Source: Treponema brennaborense (GTDB lineage Bacteria > Spirochaetota > Spirochaetia > Treponematales > Treponemataceae). Taken from it: a DNA stretch of 64,000 bases. The position numbers were made by a program, and so were the translations under genes. Positions 56,521-64,000 of the stretch are shown here, piece by piece (positions within the stretch are counted from its first letter, which is position 1; each line of letters opens with the position of its first letter). Under the pieces are notes generated by a model. That model did no database searches. It was not told the DNA's origin and worked only from the letters and a program-made list of their open reading frames with translations. Where the stretch lies: assembly GCA_023666275.1 (NCBI GenBank), contig JAMPCJ010000006.1, positions 17,976 to 81,975 on the forward strand. Reading direction: 5' to 3'.

Positions 56521-56662
56521 TTTGTCAATGTAATTTTATCGCGAAAGAAGAAATACGCGGAAATTATCTTGATTTCGGCTGCTGATAACGACAAAAATGC
56601 GCAGACAGCCTTGAACAAAAAATATATATTTGGTAATATAGTCGTGTAAGTCAAAAACAGCC

Positions 56663-56746
56663 GCCCGGATGGTGGAATTGGTAGACACGCTAGTTTCAGG
56701 TACTAGAGCCCGCAAGGGTGTGCAAGTTCAAGTCTTGTTCCGGGCA
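56663..56746 (+). tRNA. tRNA-Leu (anticodon CAG)
   Basis: Long variable arm, anticodon loop TTCAGGT and T-arm GTTCAAGTC. Followed by a terminator. Confidence 0.9.
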
Positions 56747-56749
56747 TTC

Positions 56750-56785
56750 GAAAACCGCCTTTTTTGAGGCGGTTTTTTTTTGCGT
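56750..56785 (+). terminator. rho-independent terminator after tRNA-Leu
   Basis: aaaaccgcct-ttttt-gaggcggttttttttt. Confidence 0.8.
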
Positions 56786-56864
56786 TTTTGTGTCATGCAG
56801 CGGCGCCGCACAAGATGCAAGGACAGCGCGGCATAAATGCGCTGCCGCGTAAATGCGGCGTTTT

Positions 56865-58472
56865 TCAGTCGGAAAGCGGTTTGCTGGTAAACAATTCGGT
56901 AATATGTTTGTCCAGCAGTGTTTTTGCCGCTTCGACTTCATCCGCGTCCGGCAGCCAGGGATAATCGGCCTGCATTTTTTCCGCTATTTCCGGAATGCCG
57001 AGATTTTCTTTCAGCAGACGGATATACGATTTATTGAATGCCGCCGTGTCTGTTTCAACCGGAACAAATGTTCCTTCCAGCGATGCGATGAGCCAGCATT
57101 TTCCCGTGTAGCAAAGCGTCATTGCATCGGTGTGCTTGGTAACTATGATTTTTTGCAGTCCCTCGTGCCGCACTATGTAATATGAACAATCGAAAGAAAC
57201 TTCTTCGCCTTTTTGTATGCCGTCATTCGGATTCGGTATCGATGCCGCAGCTTTGACGGTGCGCCAGGGCATGTTTGTATTGCACTGTTCGCTGTCCGCA
57301 AAAACGTGCGTAAGGCCGAAAAACCAATAATTTGTCCTGCCCCGCAGATGCAGCCACTGCGCCGGCGGAATGCTGCCGGTATTGCTTTCATACGCTCTGC
57401 GCATGGTGTTTGTAACGTAAAAGCCGGATATCATGTCGAGATAGTATTTTCCGGCGGAACCTTTTAAGCACGCTTTCATCAACGGAGCATTCTGCGTATT
57501 CATTGCCGTGTAAAACGTATCGGCAACTTCTTTTGCCGTCAGTCCGCGCGTTGTCGGACGGCTGCCGATATTCACGCGGACTGCGAACAGTATTCCCGCC
57601 GCAATCAGCACCGCAGCCGCCGCTGTAAATAGTGCCGCCGCGTTATGCCTGAAAAAGCGTTTTATCAGTATGCCGCGGCGTTTTTTTTTCGCAGCCTGCG
57701 CGTATTTTTCAGCCTGAAATATATCTGTTCCGTCGGAAATTTCCGCCGTCAGTGCGACGGGGACTGACGGCGGCGTTTCCCGTTTTGCGCATAACGCAGC
57801 GGTAACCGACGATGCTGCCTGCGCATTCATCGGCAGCGGATGCATTTCCAGCGGCATGACGCTGCTGTCATAAAGGTCTTCGGCGCGTTTTGCTTCGTCG
57901 ATTTCGGGGAACGGTACGGTTCCCGTAATGCAGAAATATGCCATGCATGCGATGCAGAAACGCCATGCTTTTTCGCCGGAAAGGGAAGCATTGAGCCAAA
58001 AGCCCGTGTACTGCGCGTATGTTTCCTGTCCGTGTGCGGCAAAAGCCCGCTTGTGATAGACTTCCGGCAGAAAAAGCAGCGAACCGTCTTCGCGGCAGAT
58101 GATGCCGGCGGGACCGCATAACGGCAAAGCAATATTCTGCCGGAACGCCGACTCTGCGATTTTGTTTACAGTGTCCGCGATTTTCCGCGAATCGGCGTTT
58201 TTTGCCGCTAAAATTTCGTATGCCGTTTTTCCGCCGCCGGTAGCATTTCCCTTGATGAGCAGCGTGTTTTCCTGTTCCGTTATATGCGAAAAATTCCATG
58301 GAACAAACGAATATTCATTACCGCCGGCACAGGATGCGATGTATCCTTTGTCCGAAAGATGCTGCATAAGCCGCATTTTTGCGAATTCCGCGCCGGACAT
58401 GGGCATGTTCAAACTGACAGCATCCTGTTCTATCCGAAGAATGTTTTGCAGCGCGGTCATCATCGATTGCAT
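56865..58472 (-). CDS. hypothetical membrane-anchored protein (535 aa)
   Basis: Single central TM helix. It lies downstream of hflC in the same orientation. Confidence 0.45.
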   Translation of the reverse strand: MQSMMTALQNILRIEQDAVSLNMPMSGAEFAKMRLMQHLSDKGYIASCAGGNEYSFVPWNFSHITEQENTLLIKGNATGGGKTAYEILAAKNADSRKIADTVNKIAESAFRQNIALPLCGPAGIICREDGSLLFLPEVYHKRAFAAHGQETYAQYTGFWLNASLSGEKAWRFCIACMAYFCITGTVPFPEIDEAKRAEDLYDSSVMPLEMHPLPMNAQAASSVTAALCAKRETPPSVPVALTAEISDGTDIFQAEKYAQAAKKKRRGILIKRFFRHNAAALFTAAAAVLIAAGILFAVRVNIGSRPTTRGLTAKEVADTFYTAMNTQNAPLMKACLKGSAGKYYLDMISGFYVTNTMRRAYESNTGSIPPAQWLHLRGRTNYWFFGLTHVFADSEQCNTNMPWRTVKAAASIPNPNDGIQKGEEVSFDCSYYIVRHEGLQKIIVTKHTDAMTLCYTGKCWLIASLEGTFVPVETDTAAFNKSYIRLLKENLGIPEIAEKMQADYPWLPDADEVEAAKTLLDKHITELFTSKPLSD

Positions 58473-58480
58473 CGTCCGAT

Positions 58481-59461
58481 TTATCTGCTTGAATATAAAT
58501 AATTGAAATAATTCATATCCGTGCTGAAAAGCGCGTCGAATTTCGGCACGGTGGTTTTATATGATTCAAGACTTCGCCAAAAATTATAAAAATCCGGATC
58601 TTTCGCGTATGCCGACGCATAAATGGAAGCGGCTTCTGCGTCCGCCGTTCCTTTTATTTCTTCGGATTCTTTGTACGCTTCGGACAAAATGGAGCGTTTT
58701 TCGTTTTCCAGTTTTCCTTTCCATTCCGCTTTTTTCCCTTCGCCGAGCGAACGATACGCCTGCGCAACTTGATTGCGTTCTTTTATCATGCGGCTGTACA
58801 CGCTTTCCGTCATTTCGTCGGAATATTTTATCTGCCGAGGTACGATGTCGATCAATTCTATGCCGTATTCCGGCACCATTTTGCGCGCTTCTTCCGCCAT
58901 TTCGATTGTCAGCTGCCGCCGTCCTTTTGTTACCGGCTCGGAAACAGACGCGACATTTATCAGCGATTCGATTTGCGCGGTTTCTTCATCTTCCGCCGCG
59001 CTGCCGTTTTTTTCGCTTTGATGCTCGTTTATTATATTGGAAGAACGCACGATTTCGCTTAATCTGTTTTGCGTGATGACCGTCCGCGTCGCGGAATCGA
59101 TAATGTCGCTCAGTCTGTTGTACGCGGCATCCAATGTTTTAAATGACTGATAAAAAAGCTTCGGATCGGAAATCCGCCAGCGGCTTGTCGTATCGACAAT
59201 GATGAACTGATTTTCTTTTGTCGGAATGCGCTGCGCGTCCCCGTCCAGCGAAAGAATCAGCTTCGGATATGTGGTTACAATATCTATAACGGGAATGCGG
59301 ATGTACAGTCCCGCATTGGTGCGGACGCTTATGATTTCCCCGAAGCGTGTTACGACGCTTTGCGTTCCTTCATTCACGATATAAAAAGGTCCCATCATCA
59401 AAAACAGAACCGCAAGCACTATAATCGCTCCCGCCAAGGGAATTATATGATTTTTTTTCAT
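58481..59461 (-). CDS. hflC: FtsH protease modulator HflC (SPFH/band 7)
   Basis: N-terminal TM and an SPFH domain. It overlaps hflK by 4 nt. Confidence 0.8.
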   Translation of the reverse strand: MKKNHIIPLAGAIIVLAVLFLMMGPFYIVNEGTQSVVTRFGEIISVRTNAGLYIRIPVIDIVTTYPKLILSLDGDAQRIPTKENQFIIVDTTSRWRISDPKLFYQSFKTLDAAYNRLSDIIDSATRTVITQNRLSEIVRSSNIINEHQSEKNGSAAEDEETAQIESLINVASVSEPVTKGRRQLTIEMAEEARKMVPEYGIELIDIVPRQIKYSDEMTESVYSRMIKERNQVAQAYRSLGEGKKAEWKGKLENEKRSILSEAYKESEEIKGTADAEAASIYASAYAKDPDFYNFWRSLESYKTTVPKFDALFSTDMNYFNYLYSSR

Positions 59462-60447
59462 TGCTTATCTCCTGTGCGCAGTATTTCCGCTTTCTGCGCT
59501 GCGGAAAGATCTTTTATCGGCAGCACATTTTCGAGATTTTTGTCGACAAGAACCGTATTTTGGTTTTGCGAAAAAATTTCTTCGAGCGTTTCTATATACA
59601 ATCGGTCGCGCGTTACCCGCGGCGATTTTCTGTATTCTTCATACACGGAATTGAAGCGGGCAATATCTCCTTTCGCTTTATTGATGCGTTCGGAAGCATA
59701 GCCCTGCGCAATGAGCACCTGCTGGTCGGCTTCTCCCTGCGCCCGCGGAATTTCGGAATTGTATACTTCTTTGCCTTCGTTTATGAAACGGTTCATGTCC
59801 TGAATCGCTTTGTTGACATCCTCGAACGCATCCTGAACGCCTGCGGGCGGAACGATATTCTGCAGTTTTACGCCGATGACATGTATTCCGATTCCCAGCT
59901 GCTTGAAATTGTCGTTCATCAGTTCAAGCGCCGCTGTTTCGATATTGGAACGTTCGGAACCCATGACATCCAGTATGGCGCGGTCGCCTACAAGCGTGTT
60001 GACAACCGACTGCGAAATATCCCTGATTGTTTTTGTTCTGTCTTTGACATTGAAAAGCCACGCCGCCGGATCCACTATGCGGTATTGAATGATCCATTCT
60101 ACGTCCACAATGTTCAAGTCGCCGGTAAGCATGGTGGACTCTTTTGTAATGCCGTTTTTGTATTGATTCGTTGTGCCGGCTTTTATTGTTTTAAATCCGA
60201 ATTGTTCTGTCTGAACCACTTTTGTCGGCACATTGTAGCTTTTGTCTATTCCGAACGGAAGTTTTACATGCAGTCCTGCGCCCTGAGTTTTATAATATTT
60301 CCCGAAACGCGTAATAACCGCTTGTTCGGTTTCGTCGACGGAAAAACATGTTGTCGCAAATATCGCACATGCAACGCAGGCTGCCGCTGCCAATATGACC
60401 GTATACGGCGTTATATGAAATTTTTTTGTACTTTTTATTTCATCCAT
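59458..60447 (-). CDS. hflK: FtsH protease modulator HflK (SPFH/band 7)
   Basis: SPFH domain. The start is at MDEIKSTKK after a GGGAGG RBS. Confidence 0.8.
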   Translation of the reverse strand: MDEIKSTKKFHITPYTVILAAAACVACAIFATTCFSVDETEQAVITRFGKYYKTQGAGLHVKLPFGIDKSYNVPTKVVQTEQFGFKTIKAGTTNQYKNGITKESTMLTGDLNIVDVEWIIQYRIVDPAAWLFNVKDRTKTIRDISQSVVNTLVGDRAILDVMGSERSNIETAALELMNDNFKQLGIGIHVIGVKLQNIVPPAGVQDAFEDVNKAIQDMNRFINEGKEVYNSEIPRAQGEADQQVLIAQGYASERINKAKGDIARFNSVYEEYRKSPRVTRDRLYIETLEEIFSQNQNTVLVDKNLENVLPIKDLSAAQKAEILRTGDKQ

Positions 60448-60596
60448 GATGCAGAACCTCCCAAAGCGGCAAGCTGTTTTCGGCACGATATGCGGAAAAT
60501 GCAGCTTCCGTCAGCTATAGCTATGAAGATAACTATTTATCGAAAAAGAAACAAGTTTTTATTGGTTTTTTCTTTTCTCTGCTGTATTATAATCGT

Positions 60597-61229
60597 ATGA
60601 GGGGAAAAAAAACAGATGCGCAGGAAAAACGCACGCCGCTGCGTTTGAAGCGGCTGATTTTTAACGCGGCATGCAGAATTATTCTGTTTGCGCTGTGCGC
60701 CGGCGCGATCTGGTACGGCTTCAAGCAGTTCGCAAAAATCCGATACGAATCGGTATCGGCGCTTGTTTCGGCGGAACTCGCAAAATGCGCGGAATTGACT
60801 GTTGTCAAAAACAATTACAGCGATATTGTTACGCTGAAAAAGTCCGCGGTATTCGGCATCGCAAAAAGCTATTCGATAATCCGATATTCGGGAGTTGTCC
60901 GCGCGGGAATCGCCGATTTATCCGCTGCGGCATTTTCCGTCAGTCAGGACTGCAAATCCGTGCATGTTGTGCTGCCTCCCGTTGCAGTCCTCGGCAACGA
61001 TATTACGCACTTTGAAGTGTTCGACGAAATGAACAATATTTTTATGCCGATAGCTGCGCGCGAAATCTTTGCCGAAATCGATAAATCGCGTTTAAATGCG
61101 CTCGATTCGATTGCGTCGTCGGGCTTGCTGCTTGAAGCGCAGAATCACTGCCGGCTGCTTGTTTCGCATCTGCTCGCTGCGATGAAATTCGAAGATATTT
61201 CCGTTGATTTTATGAAATCGGCTGAATAA
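60597..61229 (+). CDS. hypothetical membrane-anchored protein (210 aa)
   Basis: N-terminal TM helix. No confident family. Confidence 0.4.
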   Translation: MRGKKTDAQEKRTPLRLKRLIFNAACRIILFALCAGAIWYGFKQFAKIRYESVSALVSAELAKCAELTVVKNNYSDIVTLKKSAVFGIAKSYSIIRYSGVVRAGIADLSAAAFSVSQDCKSVHVVLPPVAVLGNDITHFEVFDEMNNIFMPIAAREIFAEIDKSRLNALDSIASSGLLLEAQNHCRLLVSHLLAAMKFEDISVDFMKSAE

Positions 61230-61310
61230 CCGATAAAAGCATTCGCGCGGCTTTGAGCAGCCGCCGGCGCCGCAGTAAGCTTGTGAACTGCAAGGCGATG
61301 CCGGCGCCGG

Positions 61311-61387
61311 CGGCAAACCTCGCTATAGGCTATCGGCAAACCTCGCTATAGGCTATCGGCAAACCTCGCTATAGGCTATCGGTGAAC
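61311..61387. repeat. 23-bp tandem repeat (gctatcggcaaacctcgctatag) x ~3
   Basis: Related to the array at 29469..29556, with 3 differences per unit. Flanked by gtgaactRca words. Confidence 0.85.
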
Positions 61388-61460
61388 TACAGCCCGGATT
61401 CTTGCGGGATTCGCAATGACGATGAGGGGCATTGCGGGCAAAGCGGAGCCGCTCACGGCG

Positions 61461-62693
61461 TCAGTCGGCGCTCGGCGTTATGACTTGTCCGCCCCGCAGC
61501 GCTTTCGGATACACGATTAAATGAAGATTTTTTTCAAATGCCGCAAGCTTTCGCAGTTCGTATGCGGTTCCGATGACAAGATTCACGCCCCGCGCGCCGG
61601 CTCTTGCCGTTCTTCCGGCCCTGTGAATAAAAAAATCCTCGTTTTGCGGCATATCCATTTGAACCACATGCGATATGCGCGGAATATCGAGCCCGCGGGA
61701 GGCGAGATCGCTTGTAACAAGTATTCTGCATGTTCCCGAACGAAAGCGGTTCAAAGTCTGCTTCCGTTCCTGTGCGCGGCTTTTTGAATGCAGTGCCAGA
61801 CAGTCGATTTTTTTTCTGCGCAGATGGGAAACAATCAGTTCCGCCTGCTCCGGACGGGCGGTAAAGACAAGCATTTTTTCCGGCTTTTCGGCGGCGATAA
61901 ATTTCCGCAATGTTTCGATTTTATCCCTTTGTTCCGAAAAAAGCGCCCAATGCGAAATATTTTCCCGCAGAATATTTTCCGGCGGCAGAATAATTTTCGC
62001 AAACGCTGCGCCGCTGCATTCGTTCCTGCCGTTTTTGCTTTGTTCCGCCGCCGTGTTTTCCGCTGCGGAATCTGCCGGCTGCCGTGTCTGCGGCAGATGT
62101 TTTTCCAGCATTGAAATGCACGAATCTTTCAAGGTTGCGGAACAGGCGATGATTTGGACACGCTCGGAATTCTGTCTGCCTTTTGCGGCTTCCTTCAGAA
62201 GCGCCATTGTTTCATCGCGCAGTTCTTTCGATAAAAGTCTGTCGGCTTCGTCAAGCACGACTGCCGAAACAGCCGCCGTTTTCAGTTTTTTCAAATAAAT
62301 CAATTCCAGAATGCGTGCCGGACTTCCGATGATAACTGCCGGCTTTTCTTTGAGCTGCTCCGTCTGCCGCTTCAGCAAAACGCCGCCGATGCACAAAACA
62401 GCTTTTGCCTCGGTGAAATTCTGCGTTTCCGTTTTTATTTGAGAAGCAAGCTCGTTTGTCGGCGCCGCAATGATGACTGTCGGCAGCGCGGTGCTTTTGT
62501 CCCGCATTTGTTCGAGCGGCAGCAGATAGGCAAGCGTTTTTCCGGTTCCCGTTTCCGACTGAAAAGCCGTATGCGCGCGGCTGAGAATCGCCGGAATTAC
62601 GGCCTGCTGAACCGCGGTCGGCACCGTGATTCCCCGTTCGCCGAGAAGCTTGATTGTTTTGTCTGTAAGACCGATTTGCTGAAATGTTGTCAT
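61461..62693 (-). CDS. DEAD-box ATP-dependent RNA helicase
   Basis: Q motif, Walker A ETGTGKT, DEAD, SAT and HRAGRTARAG motifs. Confidence 0.85.
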   Translation of the reverse strand: MTTFQQIGLTDKTIKLLGERGITVPTAVQQAVIPAILSRAHTAFQSETGTGKTLAYLLPLEQMRDKSTALPTVIIAAPTNELASQIKTETQNFTEAKAVLCIGGVLLKRQTEQLKEKPAVIIGSPARILELIYLKKLKTAAVSAVVLDEADRLLSKELRDETMALLKEAAKGRQNSERVQIIACSATLKDSCISMLEKHLPQTRQPADSAAENTAAEQSKNGRNECSGAAFAKIILPPENILRENISHWALFSEQRDKIETLRKFIAAEKPEKMLVFTARPEQAELIVSHLRRKKIDCLALHSKSRAQERKQTLNRFRSGTCRILVTSDLASRGLDIPRISHVVQMDMPQNEDFFIHRAGRTARAGARGVNLVIGTAYELRKLAAFEKNLHLIVYPKALRGGQVITPSAD

Positions 62694-62743
62694 GCCGGAA
62701 AAACTATAGCATATTTTATTGCGCTGTGCTATAATTACTGCCT

Positions 62744-63865
62744 ATGAAAATCGGAATTGATACATTTTGCTGCGATCACGGCAGATCGGGAATCGGTTTA
62801 TATGTCGTGTCGCTTATAAAAAATCTTCCGGCTGATTCCAGGCATGAATTCGAACTGTTCGGTTCCGAAATCGACAGATATACGTATGACAGCAGTTCCG
62901 CAAAAACATCGTATGCGGGGCTTTCTCTTCCCGATTCCGTAGTTTCCGAACGTTTATGGCATATATTCCGGCTGAAAAAATTCGCGGCGAAGCAGAATTA
63001 TGACGCAATGCTTTTTCCCGCAGGTTCCAGAATCCTGCCGGCTTCATTTAAGATTCCCGGCATAGCCGTTGTAAACGATATTGTTTCGGAATTCGTTTCT
63101 TCCTCGGATTTTTGGTTCCGTTCGCGTATTTGCGCGAGTCTGCGCCGAGCCACGCATATTATCGCGGCGAGCATGTTTGTCCGCAATGATTTAATCCGCC
63201 TCGGCATAAACGAAAACCGCATAACGGTGGTGCCCAACGGCATCGATCACAGTTTGTTTTATCAGCATAACGAAATAGAAAACGACACGGTGATTATTCA
63301 GCCGTTTTCGGTCAAGCGTCCGTATTTTATTTATGCCTCACGGATTGACGGCTTGAAGAAAAAACATCCGGAATTGATACGCGCGTTTTCGCTCTTCAAA
63401 AAAAAGACCGGCGCCCCGCATCGGCTGGTGCTTGCGGGAAGCGACAGCCGCTTTGCGCAAGCCGTATACGAAGAAGCGTCCGCCTCTCCGTATGCATCTG
63501 ATATTTTTTTGACCGGATATTTTCCGCATACGAGTCTGCCCGATTTGTATGCCTGTGCGGATGCGTGTTTGTTCCCGTCTGTGTCGGAAGGGGTAGGGCT
63601 GCCGGTTCTCGAAGCCATGGCGTCGGGGCTTCCGGTGGCGTGTTCCGACGCAGGCGTGCTGCCCGAAATTACCGGAAACAACGCGCTGTATTTTAATTCC
63701 GACGATATAGAAGAAACGGCATCGGTAATGGAACGAATCGTTTCCGATCAGCAGCTGCGGAAAAAACTTACGGAAGGCGCTCTCGAATGGGTCAAGCAGT
63801 TTTCCTGGGAAAAAACCGCCGCACAGACGCTTGCGGTAATCGAACAATACGCGGGTGCGGAATGA
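62744..63865 (+). CDS. glycosyltransferase family 4 (GT1-group)
   Basis: C-terminal E-x7-E motif region (EGVGLPVLEAMASGLPV). Confidence 0.75.
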   Translation: MKIGIDTFCCDHGRSGIGLYVVSLIKNLPADSRHEFELFGSEIDRYTYDSSSAKTSYAGLSLPDSVVSERLWHIFRLKKFAAKQNYDAMLFPAGSRILPASFKIPGIAVVNDIVSEFVSSSDFWFRSRICASLRRATHIIAASMFVRNDLIRLGINENRITVVPNGIDHSLFYQHNEIENDTVIIQPFSVKRPYFIYASRIDGLKKKHPELIRAFSLFKKKTGAPHRLVLAGSDSRFAQAVYEEASASPYASDIFLTGYFPHTSLPDLYACADACLFPSVSEGVGLPVLEAMASGLPVACSDAGVLPEITGNNALYFNSDDIEETASVMERIVSDQQLRKKLTEGALEWVKQFSWEKTAAQTLAVIEQYAGAE

Positions 63866-64000
63866 GACGGAATGCTGCCGCAAATCGGCAGCAAAAGACG
63901 ATCTTTTTATAGACATGGTCTTATAAACATTATATACTGCAGAATCTATAAAATACAAACGATACGGAGCTCGAAAAATGATATTTCCACTGGAAGAGTT

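Noticed and set aside
56415-56640. Search for a BrnT toxin partner upstream of the BrnA-like gene
   Set aside because: No ORF of adequate length on the correct strand. Only a 25-codon plus-strand ORF is present. The antitoxin therefore appears to be orphan or the toxin is degraded.
29469-61387. Interpreting the two 23-bp repeat arrays as direct-repeat borders of a single 32-kb genomic island
   Set aside because: The interval contains clearly core genes (miaA, hflK/hflC, cysK, rlmI-like) and has no integrase or other mobility gene. The repeats are better treated as a dispersed intergenic repeat family.

Overview
The window looks like a spirochete (Treponema-like) chromosomal segment of about 50% GC with marked compositional patchiness. 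Housekeeping and envelope genes are clear. These are aroB, tmk, a tamB-bamA-skp outer-membrane assembly cluster, a STAS-domain protein, mutS, tRNA-Pro, an Rrf2 regulator with cysK, a DinG-like helicase, an RlmI-like methyltransferase, miaA, two glycosyltransferases, hflK-hflC, a DEAD-box helicase and tRNA-Leu. Several accessory regions interrupt them. (1) At 4.4-10.8 kb, about 12 small same-strand (minus) genes sit only 20-45 nt apart, and each boundary carries a conserved ~20-nt AT-rich palindromic motif that overlaps the upstream stop codon and the downstream RBS. The genes include GNAT acetyltransferases, a streptogramin-type Vat/XAT acetyltransferase, PNPOx-like proteins, DUF4180 (an intact copy plus a frameshifted copy), a flavodoxin/4Fe-4S protein, DJ-1/PfpI, GyrI-like proteins and DUF3781. 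This is an integron-like or super-integron-like gene-cassette array, but it lacks canonical-length attC sites and no integrase is in the window. (2) At 0.87-2.67 kb a translationally coupled pair encodes a protein with two topoisomerase-type zinc ribbons and a CoiA-like nuclease. (3) Three paralogous hybrid histidine kinases with different sensor modules lie near a membrane adenylate cyclase, a 3' fragment of a duplicated lipoprotein gene, and an XRE/DUF2975 pair; the second and third kinases are GC-rich. (4) An AT-rich islet carries an XRE regulator and a GmrSD-type (DUF262/DUF1524) type IV restriction enzyme, followed by a 41-bp x6 tandem repeat. (5) An AT-rich islet lies next to tRNA-Leu, with a lipoprotein preceded by a G10 tract and an orphan BrnA-like antitoxin. 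Further features are a 23-bp tandem-repeat family at two loci 32 kb apart, G/C homopolymer tracts of 8-10 nt inside the 3' ends of two kinase genes, and a perfect 11-bp inverted repeat between cysK and the dinG-like gene. No CRISPR array, transposase, integrase or phage structural gene is recognisable.
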